Shown here: piece after piece, positions 24,526-42,800 of the stretch
Layout of the letters: each line of letters starts with the position of its first letter
Position numbering within the stretch: the first letter of the stretch is position 1
Assembly (NCBI GenBank): GCA_000708835.1
Contig: DF237220.1
Coordinates: 52,507 to 116,506, forward strand
DNA length: 64,000 nucleotides
Origin: Klebsormidium nitens
Lineage: Eukaryota > Plantae > Klebsormidiophyceae
Direction of reading: 5' to 3'
Made by a program: the position numbers and the translations under genes
The notes under the pieces: model-generated
What the model was told of the DNA's origin: nothing
The model's input: the letters and a program-made list of their open reading frames with translations, nothing else
Database searches by the model: none

Positions 24526-24772
24526 ACCAATCTCTCCTTTAGAACACCACTGCTGCTCAAGTACCTCCTTCGAGCTTCCGCTCTGGCACTGGCAGCGCGG
24601 CTCAAGTCTGACGAGCTTCAAACTTCAAAAGATGCAAGGAGCCAAAGCAGAACTTGAAGACTCGCAGAACTTTGCCATTGGTGAAAAGTCGATTTCTGAG
24701 TCGCTTGACACAGGACAAGACTCAAGAGACTGGACAGTGGAGTTTTAGGGTAGAGTCATTTTGTAAGTGGTA

Positions 24773-25251
24773 CCCCCCCATAATTCTATGGGGGTGGGGG
24801 GCCCTGGACCGAGATGCAGAACCATGGTCGGAGGGGGGGGGACCCAGCGTAGTTTTTGAGAGTGAGGGTCCCTGGGGGGTACCACCTAGGACCCCCAAGA
24901 GGCCAGGACCTTCAGTCTCTAAAGTTCCCATTTAGCCCCTTATAAACAGACTTTGTTCACATATCCTGATCATATTCGTACGAAGTTTGCCCCAAAATGG
25001 GCCGAATATGCTGAAAAGCGGCCCTGCGGGGCTCTACAGCGTGCAAGAACTTAGCGGAATCTGCGAATGTTTCCAGAAAAGCTCTATGAAAGCCCTTGCA
25101 AAAACTTGCGTTCACCTCTGGCCGGACGACCCCCTTATGCCGCCGGGTGAAAGGGGGGGGGGGGCTTGGGACCCCTCGGCGAAGCCGAGGCCCCCCTGGG
25201 CCTTAGGAAAACACCCCCTTGAAAAATGGTCGATAGAATTATGGGGGCCGG
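24773..25251. mobile_element. Non-autonomous TIR element (MITE) with TA flanks in the MOCS3/JMJ divergent promoter
   Basis: Left end GG-TA|CCCCCCCATAATTCTAT. Right end ATAGAATTATGGGGGCCGG|TA-CC. The shared core CCCCCATAATTCTAT is inverted and the reconstructed empty site is GGTACC. No internal coding capacity was recognised. Confidence 0.6.
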
Positions 25252-25418
25252 TACCAGTAACAAAATGACGGTACCCTTAGGAGAGTGTTTCTATTTATTA
25301 GTATTGCACATGCATGATGCAAGACTTGATCGTCCAAGTTCGATTGTGACGACGTCTCTCCCTCACTTCAGATTGTCTTGGCTAGTGTGAACGGCTGTTG
25401 CTCGCGTGTTGGTCCACC

Positions 25419-32618
<7,200 letters not shown>

Positions 32619-34290
32619 GCCTCTTTGCCATGATTCATGTTCCTGTAAAGGATGCTGTAACTGATTCGATATATCTAGAAATCTCAAAAGACAATTCGTA
32701 GAAAACAATTTGCTTTGTGTCTGTACTTGCGTCAGATCCAGTCTTTGCTCTATCACGAGCAAAGTACAGGAGTTGTTTAGCAGCATAATGTCGTGTCATG
32801 AGTAGGTTTTGGCGGGTGATGCACTTTTGAGCCGTCGAGAGAGGGTTCTTGCGATTGTTTGCCACGCTGGACTACCACACCATTATGTCAGAGGATACTA
32901 GGAGTGCGGTCGGAGAAGGAAAATAACCACGCGATGACATTCGGCAGGCCAGTGTCTAGAATTGAGAACCACTCAAATAACCATGCGATTCTGCAGACAT
33001 TGAATGTCATGTGCCATATATTGCCGGAGATTGCTGTTGCAGCTGAGCCGCCATATTCTGCTGTACAAGCCTGGCCGGGCTCATATTGACTACATCCGGC
33101 TGACTCATCTAGCACGTGCCTCCGACCGATGGCATGCGCTGCGCACTGAGCACGTTTCTGTCTACTACTAAGCGGCGGCCATATATGATGTAGAATCAAT
33201 ATTCGATCAGCATAATGATAGACGCGTCAGGATCATGGTAGACTATAATATACGATCATGCACATGGTAAGCCTGCGGCGCTTCACTGCAATGCGTTGGA
33301 TGAAATGGCAGAGATCCAATGGCCTCGCATTGGATCGAAGATCATATACATGCATGCATGTGATGGTACGCCAGCCCGGCGAGTCACAATTCATTGAACT
33401 TGTCTTTTGAGTGCGTCACGCAATATCCGATCATATGGGATCAAGTGCACATCATGTTGCATGATGCAATCAATTGAGTTACTACTAACAGACAATATAC
33501 AATTGCAGCATATGCATGAGTCAGAATTAACATACGATCGGATCAATGTGACAGCTGGCCCATGCCGGCTTCGACGCCTGATTAGTTAATTATGATAAAA
33601 CTGCATTAAGTTGTACATGATGTATCTCTTCATATGCAGGTTTCATTATTATGCTCGCGGTAAACAGCGTGCGATCATGCGACATGCAGTGCAATATACG
33701 GAGCATGGAGGTGCTACTTGAACATACGCGGGATCCGACGAGTCCGGACGCGATCCGATCCGGGCCCGGTGACGGCGGTATCCGGCCGCAAGATTGCATG
33801 TGCATGGGATTGAACTTCAGACTGAACCATTGACGCGTAATGACATGCCTAAAAAGGGTAATGATTAGCATCAACCTTTGACTTGAAGGTCTGCAAAAGT
33901 TAGCCTTTAAGGTTTTGCCTTACAGTGACGCGTAGCCTGCCCTTCTAATGTGAACGGCCACACCGATCTTGATCAAGGTTCTTCAAATTGAAGCTCAACA
34001 TCCCGGAATGCTTGACCACATGCGCAGTTGGCGCACTTTTCGAAGACAACGTCCTCTCCATCTTATACTCGAGATCAAAACTATCGTCTGTACAGTTAAA
34101 ATGAGTTTTTTGACGCGCTTGCAACACGTTTTCGTCTCTCATACTAGCTCTGTACCGTTATGTGTTGTAGCTTATACTTAACCTCGGGCAGTCAGCCGTA
34201 ATCACCTCTCACAAACAATTGCAATATCTCGTGGCGAAACGCCTCAAATCGAATCCGTCCGTATGTGCCCTGTATTAAGTTCTGCGCTCG

Positions 34291-37200
34291 TCAGCAGCCC
34301 AGCAGGTCCAGGCCTGCCACCAGGAACCCCGTTCCCTGCACCACGAGGAAGAGCGTATACCTCGTGTCGCCCACAGCCACGCCATACGCCGCTGCGCCCA
34401 GCATATAAGCGGCCATCCCCATCTCCGGCCCCTGCACCTTTCTCGCCGCCCAGAACCTTTTGCAGCTGGCCCACGTCACCCTCTGCCGCACCTGCTGCAT
34501 GGACGGCAGCCGCGAGAGCGTCCGCTCCAGCCGCTTCAGCGCCACCTCGCGGCCGCGGGGTGTCAGCAGCGACGCCGCGTCGCCCTTCCGCGGGGTGCCC
34601 CCCGGCCGTCTCCTGCTCGCGCTCGGACTCAGCAGAGCGCGCTCAGCAGCGCCCGACAGTTGCCGTTTCATCTGGGGGGGCAGGCTTGCGCTCCGGAACG
34701 CCCCCTTCTTGCCCCCCATCACGCTCGGCTCCCGCCCGGTCCTGACGGTCAGCCCCGCGGCGAGCGGCGGCAGGTCGTACGCCGCCAGCTGGTCGCTGCT
34801 CTCGCTGCCCGCGTGCACCACAAACGCGTCCACCGACTTGGCCGAGCACGGGCTGACCGAGTCCCCGTCGCGCGCCTCCCCGAGCGCGCCGTCTTCGACT
34901 TCGATACCCTCCGGCACGTCCTCCAGGCCGCCGTCCAGATCGTCGTCGAATTCGTCGGCCTCCTGCACGGCGCCCGTCTTGGCGGTGACCACCCAGTCGG
35001 AGGCGCCCTTGAAGCCGAGCACGCCGCTCACGATGGCCTGGAACTTGATGCGGTACAGCACGTTCTCAAACACCAGGAACGGCAGCAGCAGCGGCCACGA
35101 CCTGCCAGGGGGAGGGGATGGGTACTACGGTAAGTGACACTGGACATGAAAATGTGGATCCTCTTCCGTGATGTGCACATGATTAAAAATCGGGAGCGGG
35201 GACACTGAGACTCTACGAGGGTCTGCGAGGAGAGAGCAGCGACGAAAATCACTTTGAAGGCTAGCAAGGCTGAAGCGGACGTCGCTACGTTAGGCGACTT
35301 GCAACAGAGGAAGAAGTGCAAATATGTTAGGTGACTTAGAATCGAGGAAGGAGTGCAACTAAACCTTTGAAGTTTAGATGCGTAGCCAAAGAAAGCCAAA
35401 CGGCCGCCGGGGCGTAAGCGTTGGAAAGCTGATGTTGCGCCTCACCCGGGGTGCGGGAGCCAGTGCAGGAAGGCGAGGAGGAGGGGCATGGCGTAGACGA
35501 CGGCGGCGGGCACGGTGGCCTCGGGGACGAGCACGGTGGCGGGGAGCAGCAGGCAGAAGAGGGGGTACGCCGCGAGGGGGAGCACCAGGCGGCGCAGGCC
35601 GAAGAAGCACGCCAGCAGGTTGAACTTGTGCCACGCCGTCAGCGTGCGGGACGCCAGCGTGGAGCCGGCCGTCAGCAGGCACAGCCGCATGGGGCCTAGC
35701 AGGAGAGCGGGCGAAACAGGGGCTCAGAACGGGCTGGGGTATGGCAACTTCGAAATGTCATGAACAGGGTGTTTACAGAATGTCCGAAGCGGAGCCTGAC
35801 AGAAGCCTTTAGCCAAGGCCTTCCATTGTTGCGGATAAGACGCCCGCTCTTCTGTTCATACTTCCTACGTAGAATGAAGAACTGGAAGCTGACTTTCGGC
35901 TTGTCAGTTTTGCCATCGTAAGATCGTAAGACCAAAGACCAGAGTTTGCTGTCCAGGACTTTCCTATTCCCGGCCCATTTCCATGTCGGCTCTCTCACCT
36001 GCATACCAGCGGTGCTGCTGCTTGCAGAAGGCCACGTAGCTGGCGGGTAGCTCCGACGGCACCCGCACGTCGTTCAGGAACGTGAACTCCCAGCCGAGCA
36101 TGTGGGCGCGCACTGCCAGGTCCTGCACGGTGCACACGCAGAAGCGCTCAGTGACGAGGAACGGAGAGAACCATCGTACGTGGGGGTCCTTGTTGACGGT
36201 CCATGAGCAGATTGACGTTGCACAAGGAGAACCAAAGGTCCAAGTCTGAAGTTGTGCCCGAGGCCTGCTGCTGTTTCGCTTTCAGATTGGTCAATTCTGC
36301 AGGAAACGGCTCCTCCTGTGCCTGCCTTGCCTCTCCTCAAGCCCTCATCGACCAGAGCTGGGAGCCCGTGCTCCTTCCGTGTCCATACAGGGCCTTGTAA
36401 CTCGTTCGTCCAGACATCAAACCTTCCCCGCTGTCCTGTAAACTTTCCTCTTCTACCTGTCGTTGCTTTCCTGCCGTTTCCTTCTTCACACCACGAGACA
36501 TCCATCATCACCAAAAAGGTCCTCAGGTCCTTGCACGAACTGCTGAGCTCCTCCAGCGGGGCTGCAAAAAGTCTTGCAGCGCCAGCCAGCTCTTGCACTG
36601 CTCCTGAAGGCCTGTGTGCATGCTCACCATGTCCTCCACTGTGGTCCTGTCGTTCCAGCTGCCCGCGTCCTGCAGCGCCTGCACCCGCCAGACGCCGGCG
36701 GTGCCGTTGAAGCCAAAGAACTTGTTGAAGTGGCCCTGCACCTGCTGCTCCACCTCGAAGTGATACGCGAAGTGGATGTTCTGGAAGCGCGTCAGCAGGT
36801 TCTGCCGCGGGTTCACAAACGCCCACCGTGCCTGGCAAAAAGGGGCGACCTGGGGGTTCAACTGATGCCTGGGTGAGGTCCACTGAGGGCATCGGAGGTT
36901 TGTCTTTTGTTTTTTGTGCATATGATGCTTTCTGCTTCTCAGTGCTCGCACAGATTTGAAGGAGGATCAGAGCAACGTGAAGAGCACAGTGGTGCCGGCA
37001 ATTGGGTAACCCCATTACGGTGCGCTTGCTCCAACGGCCTATTGTGCAGCAACAGACCAGCACCTGGCTAGACACATCCGATAAGGACTGAGTTCCTGCG
37101 GCTCACCTGCACTAGCGCCAGCTTCGGCTGTCCCTCAAAGTGCGGAACTGTCCTCCGGAGGAAGTCGCTGGCTGGCACAAAGTCGGCATCCAGGATGGCC

Positions 37201-38740
37201 ACAAACTCGCAGTGCTTGGCGGAGGGGTCCTGCATGCCGTGTGCCAGATTGCCCGCCTTGTGCCCCGCCCGCACCGCGCGGTGCAGGTAGAAGATGGGGG
37301 CGCCCGTTGCGCGCCAGGCGTCTACCTCCTCGTGAATGAGCGCCTGCACGTCGTCCTGGTCGGAGTCGTCCAACACCTGGAGGAACAGGGCGAGGGCACT
37401 AGTTGGATATCAAAGGTGACGCTGACAATGTTACAGGTGTCAGATTGAAGTTGCCCAATCTGAAAATTTGCCAGATGTCAAAATAGGTAACAAACAAGAG
37501 GCGTTGCTGTCAACTGTACAGGTGTCAATGGCAAGTTGGACCAACCTGCAAATCTGACAGCTGTCAAAACCAGTTGACAATGACCGTCATACCATGACAG
37601 GTGTCGTTGGCAAATTGGTGTCTCTTGCCATCGACACCTGTGTTTTATTGCCATGACAGGTGTCTCTTACCACGATAAGAACACCAGCTTCTGTCGATGG
37701 AGAGTCACAATCCTTTGAATCTCAAAGACCAGCAAAAGCAAACCAGACGTGTTTTGTTCCAGACAGATTGCGTCCGTAATGACTATGAAGAGGAGGCCAG
37801 AAACATCAAGTCAGCTTTCATCAGGATCATTCTGGGTCTTGCCTGTATCACAAGCTTGTCTTGGGGCCAGTCCAGCCTGCACGCCGCGGTGATACTCTGA
37901 CGGTAGCACTCCCGCTCGTTGCACATGGGGATTTGCACCACCACAGCCGGCTCATACGCTGGCATGCCCACCACCGTCCCCTCGTCCTGAGTGGTGGCAG
38001 CTGCCACAGAAGGGGCACCCGCCTTCCCGGACCGCCGCAACCCGAGGTACACACCGGCCGCTACCAGCAACACCTTGTCAACACTCTGCAGCAAACAAAC
38101 AACTGTCAATGACGCGGCGAGGGCCTGTCTTGGATTATCAGGAGCTCTGTGGCTCATGTGACTCCGCGAAAACGATGGACAAGTCAGCCCCTCCCCGGGT
38201 CGCAATTGTTGAAAGAGTACAAGCTGACACCGCTTTTGTATGGGTCTGAACCGACTCTCTTAACCTGACATTCTCAGGGCACGTTGGAAAGCCTTCTTTC
38301 ACTGGAGAATCAGCTTCAAGTAGGATATTGCTGAAGCCAAGGAAGGAAGATACTTTGGTCCACCTGAGTCAAGTGCATCAGCATCAGAAAGCTGACCATG
38401 ACATAGAGTCGTCTACCAGAACAGTTCTTTCCCGATTGCCATGAGCCCCTTCATGTAAGACTCTTCGTACCTGGAGCAGGAACGCCCCCACCAGGAAGTT
38501 GAGCACTGGCTGCATCAGCGGCAGCACCCATCTCGTTCGGAACTCCTTCCAACCTCTCGATGCCGTGCCAGCATCAAGAGTACCGCCGTACACAAGGCGC
38601 GACAGGGCCCAACACAGCAACACAAAGAATCCCACTTGCAACCCTATGCTCTGAACTTTCCTAAAGTTCACGAGGTGTGCTCTCTTCTTGGGGGTTCCCT
38701 CTTCCTGTTGCAACCCAGCGTCAGTCTTCCTTTGCCCCAT
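34291..38740 (-). CDS. CSLC: Cellulose synthase-like C glycosyltransferase (GT2, putative xyloglucan backbone glucan synthase), ~723 aa
   Basis: Exons 38740-38471, 38085-37843, 37376-37107, 36831-36628, 36122-35999, 35695-35446, 35101-34291. Motifs: [76 protein letters not shown], and C-terminal [14 protein letters not shown], which is CSLC-typical. The start codon is uncertain. Confidence 0.88.
37377..37842 (-). other. GC-AG intron (CSLC intron 2)
   Basis: Minus strand reads KLVIQ (ATACAG)|GCAAGA...CTCCAG|GTGTTG (VLDDS). The junction falls at the expected IQ|VLDDS position and no GT donor gives this junction. Confidence 0.85.
37433..37664. repeat. Intronic cluster of ACAGGTGTC / TGACAG motifs
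   Basis: ACAGGTGTC at 37433, 37518, 37597 and 37656, with an inverted copy at 37633-37641. Perfect palindrome TGACAGCTGTCA at 37555-37566. The 14-mer CCATGACAGGTGTC occurs twice. Confidence 0.8.
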
Positions 38741-39804
38741 TTTAGCGGGCGAAGGTGTTCCCAGATGGCAACCACCAAGAAATTGCAGCACGTATCAAGT
38801 GGCCATATGCCCGGCCCTCAGATCGCAAATAGCGGGTGGATTGCAAGTGCACAGGTTGGACAGGTCCCTGCTCTCTGAAGACTAGAGCCAAAGGACACTC
38901 GCTCCTGATCTCAAGATCTGCCTCTCTTCAGAGTTATCTGATGGGGGCAGCAATGCAGGAGCGCTCCGTGCCGTATCCACCAAAGTTGATTTCTTCACGT
39001 CACAATGCCAGATGAAGCGAGCATTATCAAGAAGAAAGTGGACAATGCCCGCGGCTTTGGCAGTGCCCTCTGTGTCCCAACGCCAATGCTCGTCATTGCT
39101 ATGGCCCTGTGTCACAATTGCAACCTCAAAGACTTCATGAAGAATCGTGATTCTAATTTCTAGAAATGCACGGATCAAGCCGGCCCCGGGATCCCCGAGC
39201 ATTCAATGATTTGATGAGTCAGAGGAGTCACATCCTCGCTACGCCCGACGCGTTGACTTCGAAAAATGAGGTTCCAACTTCTCCGAGCAAGGTTTCGAGT
39301 CCTGATCTTTGAATCGTCCGATTGACGACAAGTAAAACTTCGAACGGCTTCGGTGGTTTCTTTCGATCAGGAACTAGGTATTCTCCAGAGAAGTTGGAAC
39401 CCATTGAGCAGTCACTCAAATTTAGAAGGATCTTGGCTGTCCATTATACGATATCAGGATCTATGGTTGTATGATGAGCTATCGGTAAATGTTCACTTGA
39501 CGAATCGTCCATTTGGAACAGGAGACTTTGGATGGGCGGCTGCGGCATCGTGGATTGTCACGTGCGCAGCAACTTCGAATTTATATTTCTTGGTTCACAA
39601 GGGCCGTTAGATCACTGTGTGAGACCTATCGGACGGTCAGATGAACATCACTTGCTCTCAAGGTTGAAGGAAAGTGAAGCTGAAGATCGCGCCTACGGCA
39701 ATGTGGATAAAGCTTGAAATAGGTAACGCAATTTAATATTACCTATCCTTTGTAAATGGTTTGATAGATAAGACACTCGCAGCATTTTCTGGCGCTCAGC
39801 AACC

Positions 39805-42800
39805 ATGGCGGCCAGCAATGTGGGTGTGCAGACACAGGGGACTACCTTTCGCGTCGCTGCTCCAAACTCTTCCTTCTCGCAGCATGTGCGGGGGACTGCG
39901 CTCGCTTTGCAGCCCCCATGCATCGCTGGCAGGCTGCGGAAATGGCCAAGTGGCAGTGTCAGCATTCAATGCAGCATGAAGCAGCGCAATCCAGCACCGG
40001 AGGGGAGACCGCTGGCCAGGAGGAGTCTCCTCGCAGCTGTGCTCCTCTCTTCTCAAGCTCTCGTGCTGGGGGCAGCTTCGGCCCGGGTCGTCCAAGAGGA
40101 AGAAGTGGCTGGTGCGTTCCATGGCCTAGCTGCCTGCTGTTTTGCAGCATTGGTCCTCTATACAAAGTGTGTCATATTGCTGCAATGCTGCACTGAAGCA
40201 GGGCCAGTGCACCATTGTAGCACTATTTTGGCCAGAAGCCCAGCTTTGCCAGCGAGCTTGGAGAGTTGGCATGACCATACTAGCGGGACCATGTGGTAAT
40301 ACCATTTGCGAAATGTTGTTTGATTTTGAACACACACAATGTTCAGAATATTGGTGGTATGAATGTGTGGTCCTGCGTTGAGCGGCAATGGCCACGAGAC
40401 CGACTCCATGAGGATGCAACACTGTTTTTTAAACTCACACTTGTTGCTCTGCCATATGGTAAGCTAAGATAAAACAGCATGTTGCTGACCACCACTTTTG
40501 AGGTTCGAGGACTTTTGGGTGCCCATTTAGGTCCAGTAATTTTGTCAAGTGCAAGTATCTATGAATTTCCGATTTTCCTGTTTGGAAGAGTGGCCGCCTA
40601 AACTCCTCTTCATTTACCGGGTCTGCCTGCAGCATCTGAGGAGACGAACCTGCAGATTGTCGCAGAGCAGTGCTGGTTGCGCATAATTGCCCTCTTCACA
40701 TGTAGTGGACTGACAGATAAGCTGTGTTTCAGGTTGCGGGGCGTTCACTGTGTGGGCTTCAGTCAACCCAATCATCGGGCCTCTATTTAGGATCCCCAGC
40801 CAGGTTTCCGCATATAGGTGTACTTTTATTGTCACATGTACACATGGCCTTCGGTGACAAGCCATAGTCGGCCCTCACGTTGTTCTCTTTTCTGTTTTCT
40901 CTACAGAATCTGAAAAAATGTATCGGGACTTTCTGCGAAGGATTGGGGAGCAGAAGAAAGCACACCCAACCCCGCCAGCCCCCTCAGTGGAGCCGCCTAT
41001 GGCCACAACAACTCCAACGTCCCCGTCACAGCCACTCCAAAGCGTGAAAGCTGAGGTGACCCGACCTGTAGAAACTCGGGAGAACCCAGAAAAGGCGGAA
41101 AAGGCAGCACCAAGCGAGGCGGCGGCGACAGAGGCGGACCCCAAGCCAGACTTCTTTGCGAAGGCCGCGTCGGCTGCTGCTGCAATGTTTGCCGGTGATA
41201 GCGCTGCGGACCAGGCCGCCGCTGCCCCCATAGCCGATGCAGTCTCAGATTCAGTGCCAGACACAGAGTCACTGGGGTCTCTGCTGTTGGACGCACTGTC
41301 AGCACCTGCTTCAGGAGGAGGACCCTCGCCGGAGGATGTGACACAGGGGGCAGCAGCGGCTGTCGGGGTGAGGGGGCCTTGGTGGACACAGCCTGGCCTG
41401 GACAGACGTTTGCCGCTGCAGCCAAACTTATTCTTACTAGAGGAATGTGCAGAAACAAGTATGCAAGGACACTGGCCAACGAAGACTGGTGATTGAACCA
41501 ATTTGATCTGCCGGTGTTCCTCTAGCAGCCCTATTCATGTTTTCATAAAGTTATGTTACCTGCCTCCAATTGTGATCATTAGTTGCAGGATGTCCTAATG
41601 CTTGACATGTGACCTGTGCCATATCTGCTTCTGTAAAACCAAGCGCCAAAGAGTGCAAACATTCGACCTTGCGCTTTTGCACCTGCAGGATACGGTAATC
41701 GGAAATGTCGGTGGCATCGCAGCAGCGGTGGCGGGCCTGGCGAGCGTAGTGTTGGGTTTCGCCCTCGTTTCTGAAAAGGCAGGCAGGAAGAAGGAGGCAG
41801 AGGAGGGAACCCAGGTGAGGCCGGCACAGCGAACTTCTGCCTGAAGTAAGGCTTTTTGGACACTCTAAGTTAGTGAAGACTCTCTCAGGCGAGTAAAGTA
41901 GTGAATTGGTCAATCTGGCAGGTCTTCCTATCATCAAGGATGTCCTGAGCCCTTGTCCCAACAAGGGTATGGCCGGGCTTCACATGTGCCTTACCCCTTT
42001 CGAGTTTAATCCTGAATCACAGTGTTGGTTGGAGTTCCTTCAGAGCGAGAAAGACGTTAGTCATAAGTAGGCACAAGAGGAAACCCTGGCTCTCTGTCAA
42101 TTGTTAAGTTGCTCCTCTCGAGCTCAAGTGGTTGCAGATAGAAAGCTGGGGTCTCAAAGCTTCTAATGCTTAGCAACTAATCCTGATCAATCAACACTAG
42201 AAGTCACTCCCCTACAGAAAGTGCTCCCAAAAGTAATGGTTGAAGAAATTTCCAAGTGGTTGGAGAACCAAACTAAAAGTCGCCTGCCAAGCTCAGCGTA
42301 AAAGGCTTCGGATCTTCACCAATTTCCACCGCGACTGATTCAGCCCGTCGCGACCAGACATTCTTTATGTCCTTGATCAAATATAAGCATTTCGTAGGTC
42401 CAATCCCGGCTGCAAGAGACCGAAGCGGCTGCAGCCGCAGAGAAGCAGCGGCTCGAAGGGGAACTCTCGTCGGCAAAGGCAGCAGCCGCTAAGGCTTCCG
42501 CACAAGCCTCCGAGAAGCAGACGGTGCTTTCGAAGGAGCTCGCGGACTTGCGCGCAGCGGAGGAGCAACTGCACAGGCAGCTGCGCAACGAGCAGGGCCG
42601 CGCTGCAGAATTGGAACAGGCCAAGGCTGCCCTCCAAGCGGATGTGAGGGAATCCTGCGAAGTGGTGCCGGCTCTCGCAATCCCGACGAAATTGAAGGGC
42701 ACGCATTTGATCGAGTACGAGTCCTGATGTGGCCTGGATGCAGAAAACAGACAAGAGTATTCTCGGCTGTTGCATGGAAGCGAGACAATGTAGTCCGCGC

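Noticed and set aside
36074-37075. 333-aa minus-strand ORF inside the CSLC gene
   Set aside because: Out-of-frame read-through across CSLC exons and introns; the true frame is explained by the splice model.
39200-39720. Short ORFs in the CSLC/MFP1-like divergent spacer
   Set aside because: No splice-consistent model, codon bias or recognisable motif.
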